Positions 1-17,224 of a stretch of DNA of 64,000 bases are shown piece after piece. The DNA is from Hormiphora californensis. Taxonomy: Eukaryota; Animalia; Ctenophora. A program made the position numbers and the translations under genes. The notes beneath the pieces were generated by a model. That model worked only from the letters and a program-made list of their open reading frames with translations, was not told the DNA's origin and did no database searches. The stretch is taken from the NCBI GenBank assembly GCA_020137815.1, contig CM035354.1, positions 4,402,001 to 4,466,000 on the forward strand, in the 5' to 3' direction. Numbering within the stretch: position 1 is the stretch's first letter; every line of letters begins with the position of its first letter.

Positions 1-363
1 TCCTACACTGTAATGTGACTGTATCATGTGGAACTCTATTTACGTTTTTATTTGTTAAAGCTTGACCTACATTGACGAACCACAGCGCAGAAAAGCTCAA
101 AACACGCGTCACGCACTTGATCTTCACGCATTCTGAGCGGTGATTGGTCCATGAAGGGCACGTGGTAATAAGTAACAACTTTATTAGGGTCCCTTATGGA
201 TGGTGGAAGAATATACATAGTTGTCAGGCAAGGGGCTAAACCAATATTCAACAATTCCACTTTTTTCCAAATCCTGAAACCTGCAGGAGACTTCATACGA
301 CCCTTGGTACAATACTCAAGTGTTTACTAAAACGTGTTTTAAAAACTGTTTAAAACCATACAA

Positions 364-1222
364 TTAAAGAGGCATGTTCCATGTCAGCTTGGCAGTTTCT
401 CCCACAGTATAAAGGTCAGGCCTTTTCTGTTCCCAAATTGGAACGCCAGCCCTAACCACCTTGAGCTCCTCCATACTAAACTCCGTATACACAATGCCCT
501 CCTCCGGGCCGATCTGGTCCATGATAATACCACTCGGGCCCGCTACCAATGTGCAGCCCCATGCCACATAGCTGGCATCCACGTCCCTTGCTGGAGACAC
601 ACTGGCACAGTAAGCCTGGTTATCAGTTGCACGTGCACGTGTTAGGAGGTCAAAATAAAGGGGACCTGTTGTCATGTTGAACGCACCCGGGTAGATCAGG
701 ACATCTGCACCTCGCATTTTCATCAGGTGAGCGGGTTCAGGGAATCGGATATCATAACACACGCCCACACCGATCTTGAACTCACCACAGTCGAATATAG
801 GTGAATGTATCACCTGGTGTGAGAGCAGATGATTCTTGTAGGAGTATTCCCTCCTGGAATATTTACATCTGCCAAATGTACCTTCCTGTGCTTGGCAATC
901 GCCTCCCCGTCCGGCCCGAATATTACACATGTATTGTAGAGTTTATCACCAGTCCTCTCTCAGGGTGGAGAACCGCCTATCAGGTAGATACCAGTGCTTG
1001 ATAGCTTGCTCCTTTAGAAAAACAGTTGTCGGTCCATCGGGAATAGGTTCAGCATAGTCAGGCGAAGAATTGAGCACCGTAGGGCGAGTTGAAACATTCC
1101 GGAAGAGAAATTCAGTTTAGCTCCTTTAGCGGCCGCTTCAGCTATTTTCTCTCCCTGCTCGTACGGAGATTTGTGTCCTTGTCTGCACAGACCTTGAGCT
1201 GAATTCCAGCAAACTTTAGCAT
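364..1222 (-). CDS. NIT2: Omega-amidase NIT2 (nitrilase family), intronless; 5' half broken by several apparent +1 insertions
   Basis: Manual translation from the ATG at 1222 across frameshifts gives MLKFAGIQLKV..LPECFNSPYG..YAEPIPDGPT..LYNTCVIFGPDG..AKHRKVHL, joining ORF 364..930 (GVCYDIRFPE, YPGAFNMTTGP, RATDNQ, YVAWG). The Glu-Lys-Cys triad motifs are present. Confidence 0.9.
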
Positions 1223-1513
1223 GGCTATAACCTGGAAAAGGTTTAGTGGTTGTAGTAACTGAGCAAGGACGATCTTGTGCAAGCAAAAGTTAACTTTATT
1301 TTTGACAAAATATTGATGCAGAGAATATCACCAATGACCAAGCGTTGTAACGGGATGTGAAACAAGAGTCAAGACTTCAAGGAAATAAGATACAATTTGT
1401 TACTGATAGCACCAATGTGCAGCTTAATGATTAGCAACCCGATACTTTTTTTGATAACAAGCTTGACAACGCACGTACGACTGTTTTAACACATTCCCCC
1501 AACTGTTATAGCG

Positions 1514-2879
1514 ATGGGTGGCGATGGTGGCTCGATACCGACTCGGGGTGAACTGGTGAAGCAGAAGAAGGAACCTGAGAAGAAGAATAGGGATCAGGAT
1601 ATGGTGGGGAGATGGCAACACTGTGCAATCAGTGGACACAAACTAGTGAAACCAATCGTATCGTGCCCACTGGGAAGGTAGGAATCGAAATTGTAGAACA
1701 AATGTTGTTTTTATAAGACAGATTGGAGCAGAGCTGAAGTTTAAACAGTGGACTGCTGCTACTGCTGCAAAATAGAATTAATTTAGTGCGTGTGCGTGTG
1801 TGTGCGTGATATTCAACTTTGTTCCTGACCCTCAATATGTAATGGATGCTGCAGGCTGCTCCGACAATAGCAAGAGTTTCACAAAAACTCAGTCTATCAC
1901 AATCTAGACTGACAACTAACCCCGGAAGTCAATATAATAAAAACTATCCCTGTCTCTCTCCCAGGTTATACAACAAGGAAGCGGTTATAAACCACATCTT
2001 AGAACGGGCTGGTGGCAAGTCGCACATAAAGAAGTTGAGCGATGTCGTGGAACTACAGCTAACTGACAACAAGAGTTTTAAGAATGAGATCAAGGCAGAT
2101 CTGTATATAGATCACTATAACGCACCCTACATGTGTCCTGTGTTGGGGCTGGAGATGAGCGGTAGATACAGGTAAATGGGGGGATGTTATTATTACCGTG
2201 GCAGCTGCCTTATTATAAACCATCCTTATAGTTTAGCTCTCCTAGTATAAACTATCCTTAAAAGTTAAAATCCTCTCTCCAAACTTGCTGAAAGAGCTAT
2301 CATCATAACCTCTCCCCCTGTGTAGGTTTGTGTACAACTGGGCGTGTGGATGTGTCGTGTCAGAGAGAGTTACAATTGAAATACCCACCACAACGTGTCA
2401 CAAGGTATTATTATAGCCAGGTCCTACATAGGGTGACCTTTCCGTGTGTTTTTCCATCTCTCTATCATCATAACATTTCACTCCCCAATTCTCCTGGTAA
2501 CAGTAACTACTTCCTCCCTTTCCAGTGCGGGAAGGAGATATCAGCAGATGACAACATTATTATCAATGGAACAGAGGAGGAAACAGCCACTCTAATGGTT
2601 AGAATGAAACGAAGAAAGGACCAACAAAAAGCAGAACGGAAACAGAACAAAGCAGCAAAGGAGGGAGATGAGGAGCAGATCAAACCTTCCAAGGCATCCA
2701 AGAAATCAGACGGACCTACGACATCAAGTGGTGCTGTTGTTAAAAAGCAGAAAACATCTGATGATGCTAGTAAGAGCAGTAAATATGAAGAGACAGAGTC
2801 GTATAAGAAATTGTTTCATAAGAACTCTACTAAAAAGGATAAAGCACATTGGGTTACGTTTAACCCTTACTATAACTGA
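1514..2879 (+). CDS. RTF2: Replication termination factor 2 (RTF2/RTFDC1), 4 exons: 1514-1677, 1965-2171, 2326-2404, 2526-2879
   Basis: N-terminus MGGDGGSIPTRGELVK, WQHCAISG..LVKPIV..LGRLYNKEAVI, CPVLGLEMSGRYRF, CGCVVSER, C-terminal AHWVTFNPYYN; GT-AG introns in compatible phase. Confidence 0.95.
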
Positions 2880-3106
2880 TATTATCTTTGTTGAAATTGT
2901 GTTACCAGATAAATTTGACAGCTTCAATTATTATATTTGTTTTACTTTCTATTTTATCTCACAAATAAATATTTGTATTGATGAGTTGTTCAGCTTGGAA
3001 AGTTGAGAGAGAGAGTTGCTTATGTCTATTGGTGGATATAATCAAGTCAGTTTGACTGTATGAATGGGTTTATTAACTAACTTCATCCCCAATATAGATA
3101 TCAGAT

Positions 3107-4417
3107 ATGTTTACAATAGGCTACGCAGTAACCTCTGTATTGGATTATTTCTTTGGTTCTGAGGAACCAGAACCTAGTAACATGCTTCTAGCTACCAAGC
3201 TACCAGGTCAGTCACCTAAGTTACTTGTGTAGCTCACACTGCTGATTCACCAGCAACATCATCTTGCTTAGTAAAAAGTTTAAATTCCTATTTTCCTGTC
3301 CCTAATTGTCCCTACTACTGCAACACAACCTTACCACACACTCATCCAATAACACAACCTAACCACCTAAAAAAATTGCCCCTTCTAAACAACCTAACCA
3401 CACGTCGCGTCACACACCTCCAATAACACAACCTAACCAGAACACCCCCAATAGCGTGGATATTCAGTGGGGAGGAAGACGACCGGCAGTTGTTCGAGGA
3501 TTTGTTTACAGTATTTGATAACGATGTTACCATTCACTACATCTCCAGCCTGAGCAGGGCCCGGATCACATTCAGCGACGTGGTAAGGACACTAACGAGA
3601 ATAGTGTTATAAACAGGGTTGGGGGTGGGGGCATCTAACTAAATTATGCTATAAACAGGGTTGGGGCCATCTAACAAAGAGTGCTTTTGCAAACTAATCA
3701 GTTGTATAACAGTAATGATAAGTTATATGTTCTCATCTTCTATATCTCTAACAGGAGTGTGCTGCCGCCTGTAAGAGTGAACGAAACGGACTGGAGATTG
3801 ATGCTTCCTCAAAACTTAACCTCTCCTTTACATACCTTGGTAAGAAATGTAGGAACATGAACAATCTGAGCAAGATCTTGATCAAAACACTGACAAATTT
3901 TAACACCACTGTTATATCAGGAAGTCCAGAGAAGAAGCAATTACAAGTTCCAAAAGCAGAGCGACAATTTCTGATATCACCTCCCACTACCCCTCCCGTT
4001 GGTATGTCAAATAGTCATTTTAGTCACTACTGTTAACATAAAATCACTGACTGTATTCCTAACTCCATCCTGTCAGGTTGGGAGCCGGTGATTGAGATGG
4101 ATCCCCACATTGATGAGAACCTCCTGGCTGTCATAGAGAAACTGGGCGGCCGAAACTTGGTATGTATGCAATATGGCACGTTTTAAAATGGTTCAGGGGT
4201 TTTTCATAGCCAGTATTAATTGAGCTGCTGAACCACGTTTTCAAGACCCCTCTCACCACAGATTTTACCCCTCTCTCAATTACAGACAGAAGAAGATTTG
4301 ATGCTGATCCCAGAGGAGCAAGAGAACCCGGCCGTTACCCTAAAAATGTCAGAGAACCAGATCCCCCAGCAACAAGAACTACAGAGCAGTGAAAACAAGG
4401 AAAATAGGGAGCAATAG
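3107..4417 (+). CDS. RCAN: Calcipressin / regulator of calcineurin (RCAN), about 6 short exons; missed by the ORF track
   Basis: Spliced translation: ..NMLLATKLPAWIFSGEEDDRQLFEDLFTVFDNDVTIHYISSLSRARITFSDV..LQVPKAERQFLISPPTTPPVGWEPVIEMDP..NPAVTLK. FLISPPxxPPVGW is the RCAN signature. The start codon (3107 or 3182) is uncertain. Confidence 0.88.
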
Positions 4418-5011
4418 TTAGGGGAGAGACATGGGAAGAGGGAGATTGGGTATGGAATAGACGTGACGCAACCTAAACGCAATTAAAAGTACTGGGGTCT
4501 CCAAACGTGAACTCAAGAAGGCGGACAGGGAGTTAAAGGGGAATGGTTTCTATGATATTTGTAGAACGAGATACGCTTTACATGCATGGTAGATAAGAGA
4601 GATTTAGAGATATCAAAAACTTTACAAGTAGAGAGAGAGGAGATAGGGTTGTAAAGTGCATTGTATAAACGGGACAAGTGTTTTGTGTACATAGAAATGT
4701 CGAACAATGCACCCCAACGCCATGAGGTGGTCAAACACCCATAAACACATTTTTACAAGCTTTTTTCTAAGTTATATGTGACATAATATCATTTAATTTA
4801 ATTATTTTAAAAGATATCGACGACTTTTCAATGTTGTTTTACTTCCCTATACCCAAATTTCCGTACTTCCTACAATGCCCTTTTTCCCCGACTTATCCGT
4901 GCTGAACTCTTCTAATCTTTCGCTCAGTCAAAAAATACTCTCCTGACCAACCAACTCCCGACTAATCATCTTCCCCCTGATAATTCTAACACTATCTCCA
5001 CTTCTAGCACC

Positions 5012-6643
5012 ATGTCATCTCCAGTTCCACAGGTTCCAGTCCCGCTAGATTTTGGTCGGCACCTTCTCCAAATAACCAAGTTTAACGACTTCGTCCTGAC
5101 AGCCAGTGGGGGTGTGGATGTGAAAGGAAACTCTATGATTCTCTCCCTCAACAGTCAGGTCATTATGGACCTGATCAGTAATGTTGGGTGTATGTCTGTT
5201 GACTTGGAGGAATTTAGGGAGGACACCGTGAGAGCTGTTCTTCTCTCCTGCTATACCGGCACTACTAACATCACCAGGGAGAGTTTTAGAGAAACTAACA
5301 AGATAGCGATTTCCCTCAAGATAGAGTGGTTAAAGAAGTGCTGCTTAGAGTTTTTTGAGGGGATGTGCACCGATGTGGAAGATTTTAAGGAGGCAGAACA
5401 ACTCTTCCATGAGGCTGAATACGTCGTCAGGGAAGCAAATGATAGGTCACTGGCTGAGGTTATGAAAAGGAAGTTATCTTTCGAATTTATTAATGACCTT
5501 ATCCATTGTTTTGTTGCGGACATTAACAATCACTCTGATTCCTACAGTATCATCTGCACAGTTCTTTCCGTAACAGAGACGTGCACTGCGCTGACAGGAG
5601 AGCTTGATTTAAGGGAAGAAGCCATCGGAACTCTTTCTCTTACGGAAAAAGAAAAGAGGATTCTCACCGGAGATAACCTAGCACAATATCGAAATGGAAA
5701 TAAGAAAGGATTTGAAACTTTGGTAAACTTGCTGGAGAAAATCGGAGATGGGCAGATTTTAGCAACATTATGGGGAGTCTATCGAGGTAAACACAGTTCC
5801 AGCCCACAAGAGGTGGAAGTCATCCCAATGTTCATGGACGCAACTAATATTATGAAATGTAAGTCTGCCGAGGAATTGATGGAACAACTGCTGGAAGATG
5901 AACGTGTCACAGATTACGACCTATTTGTTGATGCTATCGCTTTCTGGGAGTTTTATAGTAATTTGAGGAAACCCTCGACTATTAATATAATGGCGGGGAC
6001 GACTGGAGAGCTAGAGTCAACTTTATACGTTATAAACGAAGATCTAAAGCTCGTGTGTGAATCCCTTTCCGTTTCTCAAGTTACGGCGAATCTTAGGACG
6101 AAAGCAAAAGAACGATTGGGCAGACCTCACTATGCTATTCCGAAGTCAGATCTCGAATGTCAACTACTTTCCAGTATGTGCTGGAATTCATTTCAAGTAC
6201 CTTCCAATATTCGCTCAAACCTCGTTACTTCTTCATCTGGCTTTGACTATGAAGATTTTAATGATTCGTTTCTCCGTGAAAAGATTTACCACTTTAAACT
6301 GTCAGAGCATGAAAATAATGATTACGAATGTAAACTTGGTTCAGGTCCCTGTTGGATTGCAGCTAAATTTACACCGACTACAGAGAAACCTCACAAAGTC
6401 ACTCTGCTAGCGGATCCATCTACAGCCGGGTTCTCTAATTTTTCAGGCCATCTTCATTTCAATGACTGGAATAAAGTACGATTTTACTGGATGTTCTGCT
6501 TTGAAGGCCAATCTGGTGTGATTCCTCTTAGCTGGTGGCTTCCTGATTGGACAATATTCCGTGATATTTTCGACGGTAAATGTATCACCACCTCATGGGA
6601 TGATCACGCTGATATAACAATTGGACTAGTATACAGTAACTAA
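5012..6643 (+). CDS. 543-aa intronless protein with an N-terminal BTB/POZ-like domain
   Basis: Long clean ORF. FNDFVLTASGGVDVKGNSMILSLNS..EEFREDTVRAVLLSCYTG..LKIEWLKKCC resembles a BTB fold. The C-terminal part is not recognised. Confidence 0.7.
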   Translation: MSSPVPQVPVPLDFGRHLLQITKFNDFVLTASGGVDVKGNSMILSLNSQVIMDLISNVGCMSVDLEEFREDTVRAVLLSCYTGTTNITRESFRETNKIAISLKIEWLKKCCLEFFEGMCTDVEDFKEAEQLFHEAEYVVREANDRSLAEVMKRKLSFEFINDLIHCFVADINNHSDSYSIICTVLSVTETCTALTGELDLREEAIGTLSLTEKEKRILTGDNLAQYRNGNKKGFETLVNLLEKIGDGQILATLWGVYRGKHSSSPQEVEVIPMFMDATNIMKCKSAEELMEQLLEDERVTDYDLFVDAIAFWEFYSNLRKPSTINIMAGTTGELESTLYVINEDLKLVCESLSVSQVTANLRTKAKERLGRPHYAIPKSDLECQLLSSMCWNSFQVPSNIRSNLVTSSSGFDYEDFNDSFLREKIYHFKLSEHENNDYECKLGSGPCWIAAKFTPTTEKPHKVTLLADPSTAGFSNFSGHLHFNDWNKVRFYWMFCFEGQSGVIPLSWWLPDWTIFRDIFDGKCITTSWDDHADITIGLVYSN

Positions 6644-7159
6644 AACTCTATAATCACACGATATTTGGTTGGTTTATTCTTGATGGGGGCTGACTTTTGA
6701 CAAGAAGTCGTTGTTGCATGCAGTCCTTGTCATTGATTATGTTTACAGGAGTTTGGATAGTTAACAGGACTGCAGTTGTTTTAATATTGACAAGGTGTCA
6801 GAATTGTTTTTAACGCATTGCATGCTATTATGTTTGAAGTTTTGAATACCATACGATGCGAGACAGTTGCCTTTTTCAAATAGGATAGCTGAGATTAGAA
6901 ATGGTAACATTTTAGATAAAACGCCAACGTGTTAGTCAAACACCCATAAACACATTTTTACTTGTATTTTTTTTAGTTAATTTATCATTTAATTAAATTG
7001 TTTTAAACATCAAATACTTTATTAAATGTTGTTTTGCTTCCCCATACTGTTAAATCCACTTTCTTTTCTTACCCTTCTGTAGTCTATTATAAGACACCCC
7101 AACCTTTAAAACCTTACTTCTCCCTGATAATACTAAACACTATCTCCATTTTTAGCACC

Positions 7160-8037
7160 ATGTCATCTCCGGTTCCACAGGTTCCAGTCCCACTAGATTT
7201 TGGTCGGCACCTTCTCCAAATAACCAAGTTTAACGACTTCGTCCTGACAGCCAGTGGGGGTGTGGATGTGAAGGGAAACTCTATGATTCTCTCTCTCAAC
7301 AGCCCGGTCATTATGGACTTGGTCAGTAATGTTGGGTGTATGTCTGTTGACATGGAGGAATTTGGGGAGGACACCGTGAGAGCTGTTCTTCTCTCCTGCT
7401 ATACCGGCACTGCTAACATCACCAGGGAGAGTTTTAGGGAAACTAACAAGATAGCGATTTCCCTCAAGATAGAGTGGTTAAAGAAGTGCTGCTTAGAGTT
7501 TTTTGAGGGGATGTGCACCGATGTTGGTTTTGAGCAGGCAAAACAACTTTTCCTTGAGGCTGAACACGTGGTCAGAGAAGCAAATGATAAGTCACTAGCC
7601 ATGGTGATGAAAAAGAAGTTTTCAAATAAATTGGTTATTGATCTTATTGAACATTTTATTCCTGATATCAAGCATCTGGATGATTCCTATGCTTCCACGT
7701 GCACAGTTCTTTCCTACGGAGTATTGTCTCTACTTTTATCTGATAGGCTAGCAAAAGGAGATATTGGGGATCTATCTCTCACAGAAAAAGATAGATATGA
7801 TCTAGCCAAATGGCAAACGACAACTTATCGCTCTATTGGCCTGCTTATGTCGAATTAATGATAAGTTATACAACAGATAAGCATGTCAATAAGAGTGAAA
7901 AGACACTGATTAGCCTTGATGGCATATCTTCAAATTCAATCTTAAAACTCACCTCTTCCGGAAAACATATAGACCAGCAGTGTATTCTCAGACTCTCTAA
8001 ATTAGTCCTATCTGTTATTTATTTCACTGGTTTTTAA
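7160..8037 (+). pseudogene. Truncated or frameshifted tandem paralogue of the BTB-like gene
   Basis: First ~120 codons nearly identical to 5012... Similarity shifts frame near 7800 (ANDNLSLY vs TGDNLAQY) and is lost soon after. The upstream motif gtcaaacacccataaacacattttta is also duplicated (~4730 and ~6935). Confidence 0.65.
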
Positions 8038-8171
8038 CTAGCTTTTAAAAGTAAAAAAAAGATCTACATCTATGTATAAGAAGAAAGATTTAAAAAAAAG
8101 TATCTTCGACCAGGTTGTATAGTACAGTGTCGACGGTATGGGTCCGTGCCCTTGAGCTATATTGTATTAAA

Positions 8172-8500
8172 GCATGGGGGGGGGGGGTTCAACCCTAAAA
8201 ATTTCGATCGATACCCACTTTTTTGGTAAATCAAAATTTTATGTTCGAATTATTCTTTTTGGGAGAGCACTCCCGTAAACGATCTTTTTCCCACGGATGG
8301 AAAGGGTGACGAAATTTTAGTTCGAATTATTCTTTTTGGGAGAGCACTCCCGTAAACGATCTTTTTCCCACGGATGGAAAGGGTGACGGAATTTTAGTTC
8401 GAATTTTACTTCGAAAAATTTCTAAAAATTTCGATCGATACCCTGATTTTGACAAATCAAAATCGGACTTTAAAGGTTGAACCCCCCCCCCCCCCCCTGC
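8172..8500. mobile_element. MITE-like element with G-run/TTCAACC inverted ends and an internal ~78-bp tandem duplication
   Basis: Left end G(n)TTCAACC, right end GGTTGAAC(n); direct repeat gttcgaattattcttttt..gggtgacg at ~8243 and ~8320; no clear TSD. Confidence 0.55.
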
Positions 8501-8978
8501 ATTTCTTCCTGGATCCTTAGATCCGAGAGTATATTTTATCTTACTGCGGTAAGTGACAGTATTTTATATCATCTTGTTAGATATTTCATCTAGAAATGAT
8601 AACCGTAAATCTTTTGTATAGAGAAAAAACGCTTTTGAAACGAGAGTTAGTGAGACGAAGACCGTGTGATGCTAAAAAAAGTAGTCAAACATAACAGACC
8701 CCGTGTTGTTCCATGGACAATGAAAAGCGGAATTTGTCTATATTTGTATTGTATTTATGTCTTTTTTTTCTTCTTTAGTGTTTAGTATTTAGCATTATGT
8801 ATCTTTATTTATCGTAGCATGATATTACAAAACATATTCTTTTAAAATTCCAAAACGACTCGATATCATTTACTCTTGCCAAAAAAACTTACGATGAAGT
8901 TTTTTACCGAGGCTACCAGTCCTCAGGCAATACTTTATCATCGTGTTTATACCTCTAACATCTCTATCCCTCTTTAGC

Positions 8979-9941
8979 ATGTCACTAATTCCCAGGATAG
9001 CACTACGGAAGGTTGGCACGACCCTCCTAGAGCCAGCAGCCCGTGGTAGGTCCTGTCCTGACCAGCAACAGGTGGCATCCTACTACCTGAAACCCAAACA
9101 GAAAAACACCAACCACACCAAATGGGGTGCTATTGGTCTGGGTGTCTCATGTGTGGTTGGTGTGGGGATGTTGGGGATCAACTGGGACGGATTAGAGGAT
9201 GAATATGTCGACCAGCCCAAGATATACCAGTTGTATGGGAGAGCCAGGACAAGGGTGTCTGATTGGGTAGCATACATGTTGGAACCTAGAGCTCAAGAAC
9301 TGCTTCTACCTGACCTCCTACCTGCCCCATACCAGGCCCCCTACACCCTGTGTATAGAGATGGAGGACTTGTTAGTACATTCTGACTACACCAGGACTGC
9401 AGGGTGGAGAACTAAGAAGAGACAGGGTCTTGATGTGTTCCTGGAGACACTCTGCAGACATTACGAGTTGGTTATCTTCACTAGAAAGGCCCCGACACAG
9501 GAGACAATTGATGTGATTGAGGCTATTGACCCTAAAATGTGTGTCCTATACAAGTTGTTTAGGGACTCTGCTCGATACAGCAAGGGGGTGTACTTGAAGG
9601 ATCTCAGTAACCTCAACAGGGACCTATCGAAGGTGATAATAGTGGATACGAAACGGGAGGCGACTGTCTGCCAGCCTGAAAATGCAATGATTATGCCAGC
9701 ATGGATTGGAGGTGACGACATGGATTTGATTGATCTTGCTGACATGCTTGTGGTGATAGCCCAGGACCGACCTAAAGACATTAGGAAGGTTATACAGAGT
9801 TATACAGGTATTGAGGACCCCGTCACGGCCTATAGGATGAGAAGGAAGGAGATATTAGAGGCGGAGAGTGTTAGAAAATACGAGGCACTACAGAAGAAGA
9901 AGAATCAAGGATCGGGACTTTTAGGGAAAAAGTGGTGGTGA
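8979..9941 (+). CDS. TIMM50: Mitochondrial import inner membrane translocase TIM50, intronless
   Basis: Basic presequence, one TM segment, LLPDLLPAPYQAPYTL, LLVHSDYT..GWRTKKRQGLDVF, KDLSNLNRDLSKVIIVD, QPENA (FCP1/NIF-like domain). True ATG at 8979. Confidence 0.95.
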   Translation: MSLIPRIALRKVGTTLLEPAARGRSCPDQQQVASYYLKPKQKNTNHTKWGAIGLGVSCVVGVGMLGINWDGLEDEYVDQPKIYQLYGRARTRVSDWVAYMLEPRAQELLLPDLLPAPYQAPYTLCIEMEDLLVHSDYTRTAGWRTKKRQGLDVFLETLCRHYELVIFTRKAPTQETIDVIEAIDPKMCVLYKLFRDSARYSKGVYLKDLSNLNRDLSKVIIVDTKREATVCQPENAMIMPAWIGGDDMDLIDLADMLVVIAQDRPKDIRKVIQSYTGIEDPVTAYRMRRKEILEAESVRKYEALQKKKNQGSGLLGKKWW

Positions 9942-10425
9942 ATGGGGGATGATGAACTTAGATTTTTAAAGCTTTGAATTTTCTAGTTTTGTAGAAAAGA
10001 CAGCCTTATAATGTGCAGCTTGGTAGCAGTGTCTGTGGTTGATTTTGTTAGTAATTTATTGCCCCCTTTTTAGAGCATGGAACTACTGTAAACCTGCTGC
10101 GCTGAATGTTTCGTGGAAATCTGATAAATATGTTTTCTGATATATCCTCTTTTCCAACAACTCCCGTTGTCCAATTCATGAACCATCCCCCCCCTCCCCC
10201 CATTCCCGTTCCACATTTTGTAGCTGTGGCAAATTCCCCCGCACGTTGTGAGAATCTCACTTTGCGTCGCGCGCCAAACCAAAACCTGTAACTTTTCTGT
10301 GTTGTCAGCATTTGTGAATGCGCGGCTCCCGCTCCCTTTCAAATACACTGCCAACCGATCCCCGGCTTCTCCGCCAACTACTGCACCCTAACTAACTCAC
10401 CTTCCTATTCTATCTAGTGTTCAAT

Positions 10426-10920
10426 ATGACCGAGGTCAGGAGACGGCAGTTTCCGGCTCCAGAGAATGAAGATGAAGAACCCCTCATCTCCAAACTAACA
10501 GACGAAGAAAGGGAAGCAATGGACACCATGTTAGCCAAGAAAAACCGCAACAACCTCAATGCCTCGACTGTGCTGTGGATGATAGCTGCCCTAATTGTGT
10601 TCAATATGACTGACTTTGCAAATGTGCTAATGAATGATGAGAGGATAAAAGAGGATTTGTTGAGATGGGGTTGTGGGTGTATTCTGGTTAACATTATAGT
10701 CGGGATCTATCTGATCGTGGGTTTATCCTACCTACAAGGCAAGAGAGACTGGGAGAACCATGTCCATCCATCTCTAATTCCTGTTGCTACAATATTTGCT
10801 GTAGGAGGGTTCGTGCTGTGTACCATAGCTCTCTGGCCAGTATGGGGAGGATGGACCATCCCGATTCTATTTGTTCTCTTCATGGGCACAATCATGGGGT
10901 TTTCCCTGATGCCTTTCTAA
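10426..10920 (+). CDS. TMEM128: Transmembrane protein 128
   Basis: Four TM segments; VRRRQF, LNASTVLWMIAA, PSLIPVAT, IALWPVWGGWTIPILFVLFMG match the TMEM128 pattern as I recall it. Confidence 0.85.
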   Translation: MTEVRRRQFPAPENEDEEPLISKLTDEEREAMDTMLAKKNRNNLNASTVLWMIAALIVFNMTDFANVLMNDERIKEDLLRWGCGCILVNIIVGIYLIVGLSYLQGKRDWENHVHPSLIPVATIFAVGGFVLCTIALWPVWGGWTIPILFVLFMGTIMGFSLMPF

Positions 10921-11242
10921 TCTTTGATTGAAAGGCAGATCTCCCCCTCTCTTTTTTGGTTCAAAGACTTTTATTTTTCCTCCCCTGTGACTCAGAATTT
11001 GGTCCCTATATGTGTTGTTAAATGCATGTTAAAGTTTGTAGTTTTAAAAGTGCAGCTGTAAGTTTAAAGTTAAAAAGTTTCAGATATTTCACATTTACGT
11101 TTTCTCATTCCCTCCCCAACTTCCCATTCCACACCCCTATAACACTCCACAATAACCCACTTTTCTCCCCACTAGCCCCCCCCCTTTCCCATTCCACACT
11201 CCACAATAACCCACCCCTCTCTCTCTCTCTAGCTCCCCCACC

Positions 11243-16640
<5,398 letters not shown>

Positions 16641-17148
16641 ACACTGTTTTAGAGATTGTAGCTGTGATGAACTATTTGATGTGTGTGTAATGTTGGGCAA
16701 TTAATTTAGTCTGGATTTGGATAATCTATTCAAGATAGTCCACAGAGAATATGACATTGGAGAATGCCTTCTGCAAAGGGCGACAAAGCATTAGGTCGAG
16801 TTTGTAATCTACTGGCCAGAATGTGACCATTAAATACACAGATTACGGAATAATACGACACAGAGAGCAGAATTTATTTAGTATTTGTACAGACAGTATA
16901 GTTTATTGTGTGAGATATGTAAATACCCACTTTTTATTTTTCCCACGTCAGTAAATTTTCTGCGTTTCTACTTTGTTCTGGTCGGTACGTGGCTGAAGGC
17001 TGGATAATTGGATAATTGGATAATGAGAGATGACCTATTATAATGGCCCGTACTGGTACATTATCACGGCAAGCGTGCAGGAAAACGTGGTCTCCAATTC
17101 TCAGTTACCCATTCTCAGTTACCCATTCATCCTATATACTGGGGTCGG

Positions 17149-17224
17149 CTGTCAGAGCATTGGCCTGACCCATTCTCGTTTCTCGGAGCGCGCGAGAACT
17201 GTGGTCAGAGCATTGGCCTGACAG
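17149..17224. mobile_element. 76-bp micro-MITE, termini CTGTCAG/CTGACAG, 8-bp TSD GGGGTCGG
   Basis: TSD at 17141-17148 and 17225-17232; a second copy lies at 20602. Confidence 0.75.

Noticed and set aside
48-296. 82-aa minus-strand ORF just downstream of NIT2
   Set aside because: No recognisable motif; it lies at the error-prone window edge and cannot be supported without expression data.
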